Notes: generated by a model not told the origin, from the sequence alone. Positions 26,571 to 40,480 are shown, counted from the stretch's first letter. The stretch is 64,000 bases of DNA from Geosiphon pyriformis uo1 (GCA_016748015.1 JAAOMT010000741.1:62001-126000); one strand, 5' to 3'. Program-made: numbers and translations.

Positions 26571-26606
26571 ATTTATTTGTTGGTGCTAGTTCTCTGTAGA
26601 ATTATA

Positions 26607-26623
26607 CCTTACAGGGAGCATCA
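26607..26623 (-). promoter_or_regulatory. Primer-binding site of element C
   Basis: Minus strand TGATGCTCCCTGTAAGG (TGG>TGA mutated), 2 nt inside the 5' LTR. Confidence 0.8.
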
Positions 26624-26625
26624 AA

Positions 26626-27491
26626 TGTTACAGATGATTATTTGGAATCTTAAGTCAAATAACAAATCTGTAATTTGGTGCTTAGTTGGTACTCAGGTGT
26701 TGATATCTGAAGGTTTTGATTGTGGAGTTTTTTGTATAATGGACAGAGATTTTAATTGATGGTTTTATCTATTGCTTCCCAAAACTGCAGTTTTGTCAAA
26801 TTTTTTTCTTAGTGTGGTGGCTGATAATCCTCCTGGTAAGCTATCCTCAAATTTATGAGTGTTCTACTCTTGTTTCACAGGTCTTTTACCAGTTACTATG
26901 ATGTCTGTATCTCAGTGCTTTTAATCCTTAATCAATTAGTATACAACAATAAAAAAATCAAAGAAAGAAAAGAAAATAAAAGAAAAGAAAAATAAAGAAA
27001 AGAGCCAAAGCAATGCACAAGTTAGTATTCCATTAATAGCCATGATCAAGAGCTATTGTTCCAGTGGGGTTAAGTATCAATTACTATCAACATGAAGTAT
27101 TGATAGTGAAGAGTGGATTGAGATAGTGAATAATTATTTATTGATATTTGTAGTGTGAAAGGTTTCTAACTGATAGATTCTGCTTTTTCTACTTCTAATG
27201 CTACCACTATATATACATAATTGATGTTCTACAAGATCATTCACATTCCCGAACAATGTGCTATAATTTCTTAAGCAATGCTCACATTGCTGAGTGATGT
27301 GCTCTCATCTTCTAATATTGCTCTATATTGCTGAACAATGTGCCATGTTTTCTGATATTGCTCTATATTGCTAAGCAATATGCTGTGATTTTTATTATTG
27401 CTCTATATTGCTGAGCAATGTGCTCACATGCTATATACTATTCTCCTATTGGTCTACTATTTTCTTATATCTGTTTTTTCTATAAGTAACA
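26626..27491 (-). repeat. 5' LTR of element C
   Basis: TGTTAC...GTAACA; direct repeat of 17363-18209. Confidence 0.93.
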
Positions 27492-30400
27492 TCATGAAGA
27501 ACATTAAATTTACTATAAACCAAAGATATTTGATTAGAAAGGATCTTTGATAGGATTTTTTAGACTGTTTTGATCAAAGCAATAGGCCTAGTGTTTATTA
27601 AAACTCTATTCCATTCATAAGGTTTTGGAATTATAGAAACTCATGCTCTTTTCCAAGAGATTAAAACTGCATCAAAAGTTAAATAAGCATTTAATAGCTT
27701 CAAAAGACAATCTAACACCTCCTTATCACAATGCTTCTAAAGTTCATTAGAAATTTCAGACAAACCAGCAGCTTTATTATTAGATAAATAACCAATAATT
27801 GAAGACAATTTCCTTATGTTAATCTCCTTTATTATACCAAAAAAGACATTATCATCCACATAATTCAGAAGCATATATTGATGAGACCACAAATCAGACA
27901 TTCTCAGAAGTACCAACTGCTTTCTTATTCATGCTTCTATGATCTCATCAACCTTAAGCTTAATTTTTTTAGGCCCAATTACTATCTTATTTTCTATGAC
28001 CAAGTGATCTAAAACAATCTTGCAAAATGGATATTTCAAAATACTTTTTATTATCTGCTCTTTGTCAGAACAGAAATTCTTTATATGACAGTTGATAGTC
28101 TTTCTAATATCATTATCTTCAGCCAATTTTGATTCATAATACTTAGACTTAATCAAGTTTGCTGAACTTACACTCTTAAAAATCATGCCAGTAACTTCAA
28201 ACACCTCAACTTCATTAATAAACACCCAAACTTTAACAAGATGGTCAAAATTCAAAAGATCTCCAAAATTCTAGTATTTTACAATCTTGGCAATAAGCAG
28301 TTCCAATTTATAAAATTTATAAAATTGTTTGTTCTTTGAACAATTATATTTACTATATTAACTCTTAGAGAACACCCTAGTAGCAGCTTGTATCATGGCT
28401 TCTTTCAGTACTTTCCACATCATATCTAAGTCACTATTGTTTTTTGCAGTTCCAAATGCATAAGATTGGGCCAACAACTTAACAGAAAAATACTCCTTAA
28501 AATACAACCATTGAATTTTGTCTGCATTTCTTAATTTAAATTTCCACTGGTCTTGGTTGGCCTGCTTATAAACACTAATAAGATGAGCATTTAGAAGCCC
28601 ATCCAAACCAACCAAAACTGAAACTGATTTATAATCTGTATCAAAAAACTCTGACACATCATTAACTTTATGTGATGCAATTGCAGACATTAAATTTTCA
28701 CTCACAAAAATAAAATCTATCACTTTCTCAACACTTCTAGAATTGCTTCAAGTAAAAGCTTTGGCCAATAAATGTTCATTAAAAGTATTAATCAGGTCCA
28801 AATCCAAGCAGAACTTGAAATTAGCACTCCTCTTTGATATATTTTTATTAAAATTACCACCTAAAATCACAAAAGAGCTAGAATTGACTGCCATAGAGAT
28901 CATAAAGTTAATATTAGCAGCTTGGCCAAAACAAACACCAATGAATACATTAGCATAAAGACTTAAGATTGTAATTGAAAGTTTGTTCTTGAACAAAAAA
29001 TGTACAGAAATCAACTGACCAGAAATTTTTTTCATTTTAAACACATAACAAGCCAAAAATATGTCCATAATTATGACAATTTTAGCATCAAGAAAATCTG
29101 TATTCAAACCAGAAATGAAAACCCAAACTCCATCAAACTTATTCATAATCTATGGCCTAATGCTAGACCTTAATTTTGTTTTCATAATAATTGAAACCAT
29201 ATTTTCTGATTCTTTATGCCAATAAACAATGTCTTCCTGCTTGGCAGAGACATTAACACTCCTAACATTACATGTAGTAAATTTCCAGACCAGATTCATT
29301 ATTGGGAAGAAAAAAGTGCCAAGAAATCTGAACCAATACACAAATAATCCAATTTCAACAAAACAGAACCAACAAAAGCTTCAAGAGCCACCAATTTTGA
29401 TTTCAGACTGCTTATCTTAGTGGTAAGAATTTTTGAATTATTTGAACCCAGAGTCGAAAACATATTTACTACAGCCAAAGAAAGAATCATAGAGGGCATC
29501 TGCAAAATATCCAAAACCATATTTGAATCTGAATCCAAACTCAAAGACACAATCACTACAAGAGAGGAAGGTTGAGAGACAAATACCAAAAACACCAATT
29601 TGACCAAGCTTAGCTTTTTCATAATACTCAAAACTTGATCAGCCAAAAGCTCCAAAGAATATTCTAGCAAGACTAGACAATTATTAATAAAGGAACTATC
29701 TTGAACAACCAGATTGCTCTTTTTATTACTTGAGACACCAAAAGGAAAAAAACCAAACCCAGAACCAGAACTAAAATAAGAACCATCAGAAGAAGATGTA
29801 AGTAAAACCACCTGTGCCCAAAACTTGTTATCAAAAGCAGTAGAATGGGAGATAGAAACACTTTTCTTTGTATACAACCTTGCCAGCTAAAGACAACATT
29901 TATTTAAAGTGACTCTTTTAATGGTCTTTGAAGACTTAGAAATAATCAAAGTTGGTGCATCACACTTTAAAGCAGAATAACCAAAATGCTTATACTTTTT
30001 ACAGCAACCAAATTCAATCTAGTCCAAGAAAGTTTAACATCACTAAATATTGACTTAGTGTAATATGCAGATTTCAGACCCTTCTTAGATTCAAAACCAA
30101 TTACAGCATAATGAATCCAGTTGCCAGTATTGAGTAAGCAATTAATAATGCATGTTTTACCACCAATCTCATTTAAAAGAGTGCCCAAATCATAAGCAGT
30201 TGTTCCCACAGACAAAATAAACAACAAAGCTCTAAACTAATCTCTTGATGCCCAGATATTATGATCTCCTACAGTTATAGTCACATGCACTGAATCTTTA
30301 CCAATCAGAAAGAACTATTTAGCAGCCAATTGTTCAGCCTAACTTAAATCAACAAGTTTTATCATAGTCTTTTGTCACATTTCAATTAATTGAATTTTAA

Positions 30401-31714
30401 TTGACTTAATTTTACCAAACTCAGCTACTGCAGTAATGATTATTTCCTTAGACATGTCTATGGGAATTTTTTTGATAATCACAGCCTGATTTGAAAGCAT
30501 TTTTTGTTTCTTGACATCAATATTTGTGATGATTTTTTTTTCTTTGACTAATAAAACAGCCTTCTTTATGTTAATCTCTGAAGTGAAGATAGATCTGATA
30601 ATTCCTTCAAACTTTGAAAAAATAGTGGCCCTCCCAAAACCATTGATAGATAAAAATAATTTTCTAATAAACTGAGTCTTTGCCATTGCTAATTTTCCTT
30701 CCACAGCTGAAAGATTAATATCCAAAGCAATGACTTTTTAATTGACACTTTTACTGAAGTTTTAATAATTTTTGAGTCAATCTACTTCTTGTCCAAAGAG
30801 ATAAGCAAGTGAAGAGGGAGAACAATCTTATCATTATCTATACTAAAATTGGGAAAACTAAGTAGAGAACCAAAAACAGCATTAGTGTTAATTTGCTTTG
30901 TCTTGGGCATAGTAGCAGCCAAGCCCAAAAGAAACTCACTATTTATACCAGACATGTTAACATTTTCATTATTACCAGATAAACTTTTCACATCAGAATA
31001 TATATTATCACTAGGTTCAAATTTACTCAAGGAGATATCCCTTTTATCACCAGAATGCTTAATATTTCCAAAGACAACTTTCTTCTTTTGAGAAAAAAAA
31101 CCACCAGCAAGACTGTAAAAAGCATCTTTGAATGCCTTCTTCTTAGACATAATGCTATCTGCAGTAGCCTCCAAATCTACAAAAAATGAGTTATTATTAA
31201 GTAAAGAAATATTGATATAAACTAACAAGAAAAAATAAAAAACTTCTTTTTTAGAAAATGTGTTTTTTGAGAATTTTTGAAGATAAGAAAAAAAGAAGTT
31301 CAAACAATTTAATAATCAAAATAATTAAAATATTAATAAGTTTAATAACAAATTTAACTAATAAAACTAATTTAATTAATTAAAAATTTATAATAATAGT
31401 AATAACAGTAATAATTAAAAATACAATAAAAAAACCAATAAAACAAAAATTTTAACATAAATTTAATATTAACCAATTAAAAATTAAAAATTTTAGACTA
31501 TTAGCAAATTTAACCAAAATATTTAAAAAAAATAAAAATATTTTGTAATTAATAGCTAAATAATTTAAATTTTAATATTTAAAACAGTATTAACTACAAA
31601 AATTTTTTTATTAAATACAATATTTTTTTAAAATATTAATTTTTTTAATTATATTAATTATATTTTTTTAAAAGTTAAAAAAATAAAAAATAAAACAAAT
31701 ATAATTACAAACTT

Positions 31715-31875
31715 AAAAAACCAATTTATTGATTTTAAAAACAATACAATCAAAAAAAATCAACCAATTTGGTTTTAAATATATTATAAAAAAGAAATCA
31801 ATTTACTAATTTTAAAAACAATATAATCAAAAAAAAATTAATTAACTTAGTTTTAAACATATTATAAAAAAAAAT
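31715..31875. repeat. Degenerate ~78-bp tandem duplication in AT-rich DNA
   Basis: CAATTTATTGATTTTAAAAACAATACAATCAAAAAAAATCAACCAATTTGGTTTTAAATATATTATAAAA is repeated twice, mostly with transitions. Confidence 0.6.
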
Positions 31876-32269
31876 AATTTTTTTTAATAACAAAAAAAAT
31901 TATAATATTATTTTTATTTATTAAATTTGATTAATAAGCAAAAATAGTTATAATTATATTAAAAAACCTAAAATTAATAATAATTATTGTTATTTATTAA
32001 CAAATTTTAAAACAATCTAAATAATTTTATTAAATACACTAAAAGCTGTTTTAATATTAACAACAAATATATTTTTAAACATATTATACAAAACAATAAT
32101 AGCAAAAAAAGAAGTAAATTTAGAAACTATTATAAATTTAATAATCTTAAAAAAAAAAAGAATAAAACTAACAAATTTAATTTAAATATAATATTTAAAA
32201 AGATTTAAAAAGCTTTATATTATTTTTAAATACAGATTTAACATTAATAAAACTATGTATAAACTAAAA

Positions 32270-32990
32270 TATAATTTTAATAAAAGCCAACTTAATATTA
32301 AAAAAACATTAAAATCAAAATAAAAAACAATATTATTAAAAAACAAAAATAAATAATGTTCGTTTTTATTTAATTGGTTTAATTTTTAAGATTAAATAAT
32401 TTAATAAATTAATTAGCTAAAAACATATTAAAAACATAATTTGTTTTGCTTTTAAAACCAATAAAAATTAATATATAATTAAAAATTAATTCAATTAAAA
32501 TTAATTAATGTGTTTTTATTATTATTGTTTAAAACAAAATTTTTTTTTTATTCATAACCACAATAAAACTAAATATTATAATTGATACAAATAATATAAA
32601 TTCAATAAAAAATCAAAAAAATTAACAATTAACTTAAAAAAAAAAGTTGTTTTTTAATTGTTTTGGCTTTTTTTACTATTTAAATAGCAAAAAAAAATAG
32701 TAGCTTGGCTATTAGTTTATAGTTAAAATCTTAATAAAATGATAATTACATTAAAAATTTTTTAAAAAAAAAACTTTTATTTAAAGCCAAAAACAGTGTT
32801 TTTTAATTATCAAAAAACTGATTAACTACTATTTTATTTAAAAAAAAATGCTTTTATAGAGCATTATTAAATAGTTTTTACAGTTGTAAATGTTTTACTA
32901 ATAAAAATATTACTAGTTGCTTCAAAAAATAAAAAGATTACAACTTTTTTACTTTTTGTTTTGATTGTAATCATAAAATTACAAAAGAGA
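32270..32990 (+). repeat. Unclassified decayed non-coding repeat; inverted homolog of ~39690-40480
   Basis: Several colinear blocks match the reverse complement of 39690-40480, e.g. TTTTTATTTAATTGGTTTAATTTTTAAGATTAAATAATTTAATAA vs TTTTTATCTAATTAGCTTAATTTTTAAAATTAAATAATTTAATAA. Confidence 0.6.
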
Positions 32991-33740
32991 AAAAGTTTTT
33001 TTAAAATAATTTATTATATAAAAATAAAAATATGTATAATATTATTTGACTTTGATAATTTGTTATAATAATTTTATTGTTAATTATATATTATATTTAT
33101 TAAAACTTTTAACAATTTAACTTAATTTAAATTATAATATATATAAAAATTTTGTTAACTAGTAATTTATGGTTTTTTAAACTTAAATTAATTAAAACTT
33201 GAACAAATAAAGATTAAATTTGTTAAATAATAAGAAAAACAAATAAAATTAATGAAGAAAGTTTTAATTTAAATAAAATTTTATCTAAGTAAATTTGTGA
33301 CATTTGACAAAAATATTTGATTTTTTGCGTGATAGGTGCTGTAAGTCAAGTAAGATTAGATTTTTTGTTCTTGAAAATTCAACTTTTTACATTTCAAAAG
33401 GAACTTTAAAAGTAGAAAAATGATATCGAAGTAGATCAGCACCCAGTTTAATAATAACAGATAATACGTGGCTAGTGGACAAGCCAACCTATGAAATATT
33501 TTGAAATAACTTAGTAGATGGGACTGGAAGTGATTTATCTTTCAGGGAATTCACAGCCCTGAAGAAGTGTTCAAATTTCACCGTATCCTTGGATTTAATC
33601 TCTACCGTTTGAATTGCTAACACTTTAAGTTTAACTTAAGGAAAATCTCCAGCTTATTGCCAAAATTAAAAATGTAAAAATTGGTTCAAAAATTAAATCT
33701 GCCCACCAATGTTCCGAAGACAAACAACCCTTTAGCTTGA

Positions 33741-36552
33741 TCACTTCCATGCATCCTGAAGATGATGCGTATTCTTTTTTATCACTGCTCGCAAGCGATG
33801 CTCGAGAATTTCAGCCTCGCGTTTAGCATTGGCCACTTGCTTTTCCAACTCCTCAACAGATGCATTAGGTACCTTGGAGCCATGATTGTTTCCATTTGCA
33901 CTGTTCATGGTGGCGAAGCCTGTAATGGCAGAGTGTACCGTACCAGCCCACATACCAACGTTACCACCTAATAAAAGGTGCGTGTGACTATTATCATTTT
34001 CAACATTGGCAGTCTGGGCATTGTTGGTGGGTGAAGCTACGCCGCCAAAAAAGGCTGCAGCAGTCGGAATTGAAGAGTTTGGTAAATTAAAAATGGCCGA
34101 AGTCGAAAAGTTGAAATCTTTAGCGAACAATTCGGTAGGAAGGAGATCAAAGGTAGTTGAAGTTTGAGAGAGATGGGGGTCCACTGATTGCTGTTGATGA
34201 GGACTATACATAATTTGTTCCTTACTAGAACTCGAAGGGGACAAAACTCCTGATGGCATGGTGAAAAATGCAGAGGATGCAAAGTCAAATTTGAAATCGG
34301 CCAGAAAATTATTTTTGGAATCGGCTGAATGAATACCAATAGCATTATTATCATCTTTGTTTTTGATCGTAAAATGATCCTGTTGATCATTTGCCTGAAT
34401 CTGATTCAAACTTCTTGTTGCCGGCTCCGTTATATTCTCTTCTTTTTCCATAATCTTTTTCTTGTGCTCATTGTCGATTAGATCACCATCGAGAACAGGA
34501 AGATTTCTATCTTTCTTTTTTGGTTTTTTTGAAAGAATAGGTGATTGGAAAATAGGATTTTCATTAGGGTTCGATTTTGACTTATTAGACTCAACATTAA
34601 TAGTAACGCTGGTTTTGCTTAGGTTGTCTTTTGGCTTAGACGTGATTGGAGAAATAATTTGGGTCTCGGCAATCCCAATTTTTTTAGAATCTTTGTGATA
34701 ACCACCAGCCAACTTGTTGGTTGTTAAGGTAGAGGGCTTCACATGTTTTTCTCTTTTTTTAGGAACAGCAGCAGCAACAACAGCACCAATGGATTGAATA
34801 TTTGTTGAATGTGAAGGCTCTGGTGAAACTAGGGCCATTTCGAAACTTCGGCTGGAGCTATTTTGTCGCAGAGGTGATTGAAAAGTTTGATCAGTGGAAT
34901 TTGGAGAGGGCTTGTTTTGAGACGAGGCACTCGGGTCACCATTATTCATTTTTAGGACTAAAGACTTAACGATGGTAGGTTTTGATGAACGACGGGAGAT
35001 TTGTGGTGGAGTTTCTTGGACTGTTGGTTTTTCTTCGATATCTTTGGTAGGGGGATATGGGATTTCCTCTAGAGAACTATTTCCAGATTGTATTTTGATT
35101 TCCTTTTCAATTGCAGCAGGAAGATCCGAATGAGTGGTAGAAGTTTGTATTTCTGCTGATTCGTTATTTATGCCTATAAATTATCAATGTACCAATAGAG
35201 GGTAAATTTGAACCAGGAAAAACAGAGACGATGAAGGGAAGGGGTTAACATGTGAAATATCTAACAGCACAAGCAAAACGCCCAAAACCCAATAGCATAT
35301 GCAACAAATAAAGAACAACGTAAACACACCTTCCCCAAAAAATTCAAGTTAAACGACTTCAATTATGAAAAAATTAAACTACCCACAATAATTGAAGAAT
35401 CATATACGTTTCATTTTGCTACCGGTTTTATTTTGATTTGTGATCCAACCTCAATAGCCGCGGCCACTGAGCATTGAAGACAACCCACCTTGCTCCACAT
35501 TACCCAATCCAATTCCTACACCGAACCCACCATTAATTTGTTCTTCACTTGTTCTTGCCACTCGTTCAAAAACACTTAAACGATGACCCCCCAGATTTTG
35601 TACTGGTTGGTATTGCTGTGGCGACATAACGGGGGCCCCTGGAGCACGATAGGCGGGATCAGCAGAGGAGGCTATCCTAACTGACATAATTGCAGGATCT
35701 TGAAAGGGCAAAGCTTCTCCTGAAGTTACTTAAATAATTCAGCCCAATTTATCGTCCCAGGAAACGAAGATAAAATCATTGAATAAATTATTAGTCTATC
35801 GATAAGGAAAAGAAATTAACAAACCTGGGGCTTGAATATCTTCTTGAGAGTTTGAGCTTGCAGCAGCGGCCTTCAATAAAAACTCTGTGAAGAAATTCTG
35901 AGGGTCTTCTCTTGAAGGGCGCGGTAATCCTTGCATAAACGGCTGTTGCTCTTGATGTGATGGGTGTCTGGACATGCTGTATTCATCATCCATAGTCCAT
36001 GGTCCCATTGATGGATTCCAGCTAGGTGCAAGACCATATTGCATACGAGGGGATGGTTGATAAATACCAGGGGGCGGGGCCTTTATTGTGGGGACTGGAG
36101 TTTGACCAAGATTTAATTGGGGCGGGGGCTGATGATGCTGCATAATAAAGTTCTGGTGAAAATGATGTTCTATAGTAGCTGAAGTATTAGAAGCGTTCAG
36201 AGATTGTGGTTGGTTCAAAGGATTGGCAAGTGGAACCCCAGGAGGGGCAGCCAGCACGGGGCGACGTAATGGAGGAAAACTCGGATCGTTGGATGTATTC
36301 CACATCGATTCCTGATGAAGATCACTAGGACCAAAGCTTATATTAACATTCGGGAAAAGTGCCCTCAGGCCTTCTTGTAAGTCCTTCATCGCCAATGGAT
36401 CTCCTTGATTTAAGGATGAATTGTCACCCTCTTCTAAGGCAAACCCAAACCGCGAAGATTGTCTTGATTTATTAGTTACAGAACTACTAGGCGAGGTCTG
36501 GACGTTTGAATTGGCTTGAAAAGATTCTGCTATATTATTGTTGTTACTATGA

Positions 36553-36586
<34 letters not shown>

Positions 36587-39183
36587 TGCTACTACCAACA
36601 GATGATATGCCAAGGATTCCTAGAGGAGGCTCTACATTGAACCGGTCAAACTTTTCCTCGTCGGAAGAAAATGGATTAAATGACCCAGTATAGGAGGAAA
36701 ATGGAGGGTGAGAAAATTCAGCATTGGTAATTGTGGATACGGCTGTGTTAAGCGAATCGGCTCGAGGAAACCCAACTCCTGGTGGAGGTAAAACTATACG
36801 CGAACTTCCGAGCACCCCGAGATCCGAAGAGCTGATAAGTGGTGTCTTATCTGGAAGCGTTTCTGTTACAGGTGTGGGCACGTCAAGAGAAGGGGGATTG
36901 AAAGAAAAAGAAAAAGAACCACCGGTAAGGGCGGATAATGTTTGATCAAAGTCAGCTAGTTCAGAAGTTGATCTCGGCATCACTTTTGTTAGCTTATCGT
37001 GGGAGGAATATTTTATTGATTCTTCGGAAAATCGTTCAATTAGTTTAGCTTGTTCCTTGACAGTTTCAGCTTCATTTCTTGGTTCTTTGGATTTCTCTGA
37101 ATTTTGGTCGATTTCCTTTAGCTGTTGGATAATTCCGACCGATAAAGGAGGGGTATTTTCAGTTTTTTCCTCCATTTTGGCGCTTAAACCTTGGCTATCT
37201 AAAGATTCAACCCTTTTGAGCTTATACTCTTGATCCTGAAGGGGTAGGGGAATTTGTGAACGTGATGTTTGTGATGTAATAACTTGATGTGAAAGTTGAG
37301 GTGTCGAGTGCAATGTGGAAAGAGGTTGAGATTGTAGAGATTGTAAAGATTGCTGATGTAATGTTGGTGAATTCTCGGGACTCATCATTTTGGCACCAGC
37401 CCAAGAAGCGGTGGGTGGCAACGCTGAAGCTATGTCGTTTTGAATTTGAATAAAAATCAGTTAAAGAAGCAGCATTACACTACATTACACTAGATTTTAG
37501 CGTTAAACAAACCTTCATCTCTTTCATCATTGCTGCTTTTATCGCTTTCTGGACCACCGCCCCTATTTTGGGTTAGGGACTCCCCTTTTCTTTGTGGCAA
37601 TATAAGGGGCGTTGAGGGTGTTAGAGGCTTTGATATAGGATGGGGTTGCGTTTGCCGGGTTTGAACAGGTTGAATTTGATGAACTTGAACTTTGTGAGCA
37701 TCATTGACTTTGTGAAGATCGTGTAAAACCTTGGGCAGATCATGTACTTTATGAATAGGTTCCGTTAGATGTCCACCTACTTCTTTTAGGTGATATTTAC
37801 TAGTAGAAAATTGAATGATGAGGAACGAGAGAACGAGAAAATGTAACAAAAAAAAAAGCGATTTTACTATCTTACGCTGAAGCTAAATCCTCCTTCGTAT
37901 AGCTATCGGCTTCCTCCCCTGGCTCATGCAAGTACATACAATTTGGATTTTGGCATACCATGTTTCTTAAATAATATGTACAATACTTTGTTGTGCCATA
38001 TGAAGCCCTAGCAGCAAAATTTCGCGTCAAGAAGTTTAGCACAATAATAAGGGAAAATACTGAACTATTTCTGATGTTTGAGGATAAGGGACCTTAGTAC
38101 TTTGCCATCCGATATACTACCATCAACAGCATCAATAGCTTTTGCGGCATCTTCTTTCCGTGCATATGTAATATAAACACCAACACTGGGTTGAGGGGGT
38201 GGAGCACCAAGTACAGTGGAAACGGGAGGATTTCGACGATTGACGACAATTTTAGCAATTTTGCCGTATTGCCCAAAATAATCATGTGATCTTAGCACCT
38301 TTTTTAAATTAGAGAAAATAAGCCTTCTGAAAAATGAATTGTTTAAAAAAGAGAATATGAAATGGCATACTGCTATAATACCTCTTCGGTCGCTGTCTTA
38401 GGACTTAGGCCTATAACATAGACCAGATTCTTTTGCACGACTCTCATATTTGCCAAGTGTTTCCTATTCATCGCCTCAAGCTCTTTCTTTTCGCGCTCTT
38501 TCTGCTTTTTTTCGTTTTTTATTCTAGCCAACCTACATTTTTTGGCATTAAATAAAAAGTTATAAATAAAAATAGATTCTGAATAGCGAATGAAAATTAA
38601 TTTCGAAAAGCACATAACGAGAAACCAAAAAATTCCAGGGAAATTAAAAATCAAGAAAAAATAAGACATCTGATTTAGAATTTAATGCTTGAGTACGCGT
38701 CTCTCGCATGAATAAGTCAAAATTTTTCGAGCCGAAATTATAAAACATACTCTTCTGACGAAATTGGAGTAAACTCAATAGTTTGTTCTGTATAAATCCT
38801 TCGACAAGCAGGACATCGATTATTCAAATTTTCTTGTATATGATTCCAACAAAAGCGACAGATCTAAATGTATTTGGACTCTTTTGTTAATAAAAGTTAA
38901 TGAAATGATACAGCTCTTGATACACTCTAAGAAGTAACAAGTTTCGATTGGTTTGAGCTAGCTTTTAGTATAACTTTGAGAAACTTTGAAGCTAGATTAG
39001 AGGCGATTTTTAAGAAGGAGCTCTCACCTGATAACCACAAGGACAGGGCCTAAAATTCCTGTCCGAAAGATCCATCTCCTCCATGCATAGTGGACACACA
39101 AACTCCTCTTCATCGGAATAGTATGTTCGTTTTTTGGAGGGTGAATTAGGTGCAGCAGAACTTTGTCCGTCGCCGTTGAACAT
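33741..39183 (-). CDS. NOT4: CCR4-NOT complex subunit 4 / Mot2 RING E3 ubiquitin ligase, 9 exons, ~1437 aa
   Basis: Exons (minus strand, all GT-AG, phases consistent): 39183-39028, 38863-38751, 38532-38382, 38298-38093, 38007-37876, 37799-37513, 37429-35825, 35719-35489, 35173-33741; total 4314 nt. Domains: C4C4 RING (CPLCMEEMDLSDRNFRPCPCGYQICRFCW...CPACRR), coiled coil, RRM (RVVQKNLVYVIGL...YFGQYGKI), C3H1 finger (ASYGTTKYC...C..PNCMYLHE), LPPTASWA and FQDPAIM motifs, C-terminal coiled coil. The exon 8 donor is the least certain boundary. Confidence 0.95.
36530..36586 (-). repeat. (AAT/AAC)n microsatellite encoding poly-Asn in NOT4 exon 7
   Basis: SSNNNNNNNNNNNHSNNNN in ORF 35796-37421. Confidence 0.85.
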
Positions 39184-39597
39184 TTTCGAGGTTAAGTTGG
39201 GTTGAAATATTAAGGGAAATGTGGTTGAGCAGCTCCAAAGTTTAGTGAAAGGAAATGTGGTTCACGGGCTCATTGGAGATTTGCATTTTATTGGTGAAAC
39301 ATTTTTGATTTTTTTGATTTTGTCAGTATCACAGGATGAATTTTTAACATATTGATGTTCCGTTGTCCCCGAATAGAGTTGATCAGATCCTTAACAAAAG
39401 TTTGCCTAAAAAAAAATCATTTTTATATTTTTTTCCAATAAATTCACAATACATGTTAATTTTAGGAGAAAAATAACTGCTTTTTTTAGAAATGAACCAA
39501 TTGAAAATTCAATGACAAGTAAAAAATATTAAATTGATGGCAAAATAAGTCAATTACGAAAAATTTAATTCATGCAATTTAATAAAAGAAGCTTTAA

Positions 39598-39599
<2 letters not shown>

Positions 39600-39646
<47 letters not shown>
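39600..39646. repeat. (ATT)n microsatellite at the edge of the gene island
   Basis: About 14 ATT units read directly. Confidence 0.9.
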
Positions 39647-39649
<3 letters not shown>

Positions 39650-39689
39650 TATTATATATTATTTTATATTATCTTATCTTTTTTTCTTT

Positions 39690-40480
39690 CTTTTTTTATA
39701 ACCACACCCAAAGCAAAGAATAAAATAGTTGCAACTCCTATTTTTGATATTGTTTCTATCAGTTCTAATACTTAAAAAGTTTTTTCTAAAGTAGAAACAG
39801 CTAGATAACACTCTTTAAAGTGTTTCTTTTAAGTAATATAAAGACAAAACAGCTTTTGGCTGTTTTTAAAACATCATTTTTGACATTAAATAAGAGTTTT
39901 TTTCATTTAAAGTTTCTTTCAAGTAATTAATTAAAGCCAATCTTAATAAAATTATTATTATAATAAATACTTTAAGAATTTTTAATAGCAAACCAATAAC
40001 AAAGTTACTTTTTATTTCTGTTACTTTTTTATATTTGTTCAAATAGCCAAAAAAACAAAAAAAGCAAAAAAACAATTCTTTTTTTCTCTTTTATTTAAAA
40101 TAACTAACTTTTTTGTAATATTAAAAAAAGTTATTTTCTTAATATTTTTTAAAGCATTATTTCTATTTTAAAGCTTGTTTTTTTTATTAAAAAAAAACAT
40201 TCTTTTTTTTGATATTTATATTAATTTTATTATTAATTATAGTATTTAATTTAAATTTATTATAAACAATATTTTTATTTATTTAAATAATAATAATAAT
40301 AATATGTTTATTAAAGCTAATTTTAATTAATACATAATTAATTTGCTTTATATATTAAATTTTATTTAATTTTTATTGGCTTTAAAAATAAATAACTTAT
40401 TAAATTATTTAATTTTAAAAATTAAGCTAATTAGATAAAAACTAAAGTGTTTTTTTCTTTGTTTTTTGAAAATATTGTTA
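39690..40480 (-). repeat. Unclassified decayed non-coding repeat; inverted homolog of ~32270-32990
   Basis: See the 32270-32990 entry. The (AAT)n tract at 39600-39646 could be its 3' tail. Confidence 0.6.

Larger units (their letters stand above)
17363..27491 (-). mobile_element. Complete dUTPase-bearing Ty3/Gypsy element C (10,129 bp, decayed)
   Basis: Paired LTRs 17363-18209 and 26626-27491; PBS and PPT; TSD CTAT/TCAT (both from CCAT, restored from the LINE frame); gag, protease, dUTPase, RT, RH and IN motifs. Confidence 0.95.
14385..31300 (-). mobile_element. Full-length decayed LINE B (ORF1 ~29299-31150; ORF2 APE-RT-RNaseH-Zn finger ~14530-29298), split by Gypsy element C
   Basis: Pyrimidine-rich 5' leader at ~31150-31300, ORF1 MSKKKAFK..., ORF2 start MNLVWKFTTCNVR (APE), RT motifs (LQDMYKAYD), RNase H (IYMDRS), 3' UTR and poly(A) at ~14385-14530. 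The ORF2 sequence NVLH|GDNFSVL joins across the insertion. Confidence 0.88.

Noticed and set aside
39572-40075. Short hydrophobic ORFs (39572-39775, 39866-40075)
   Set aside because: These are artefacts of the (ATT)n microsatellite and AT-rich repeat DNA.
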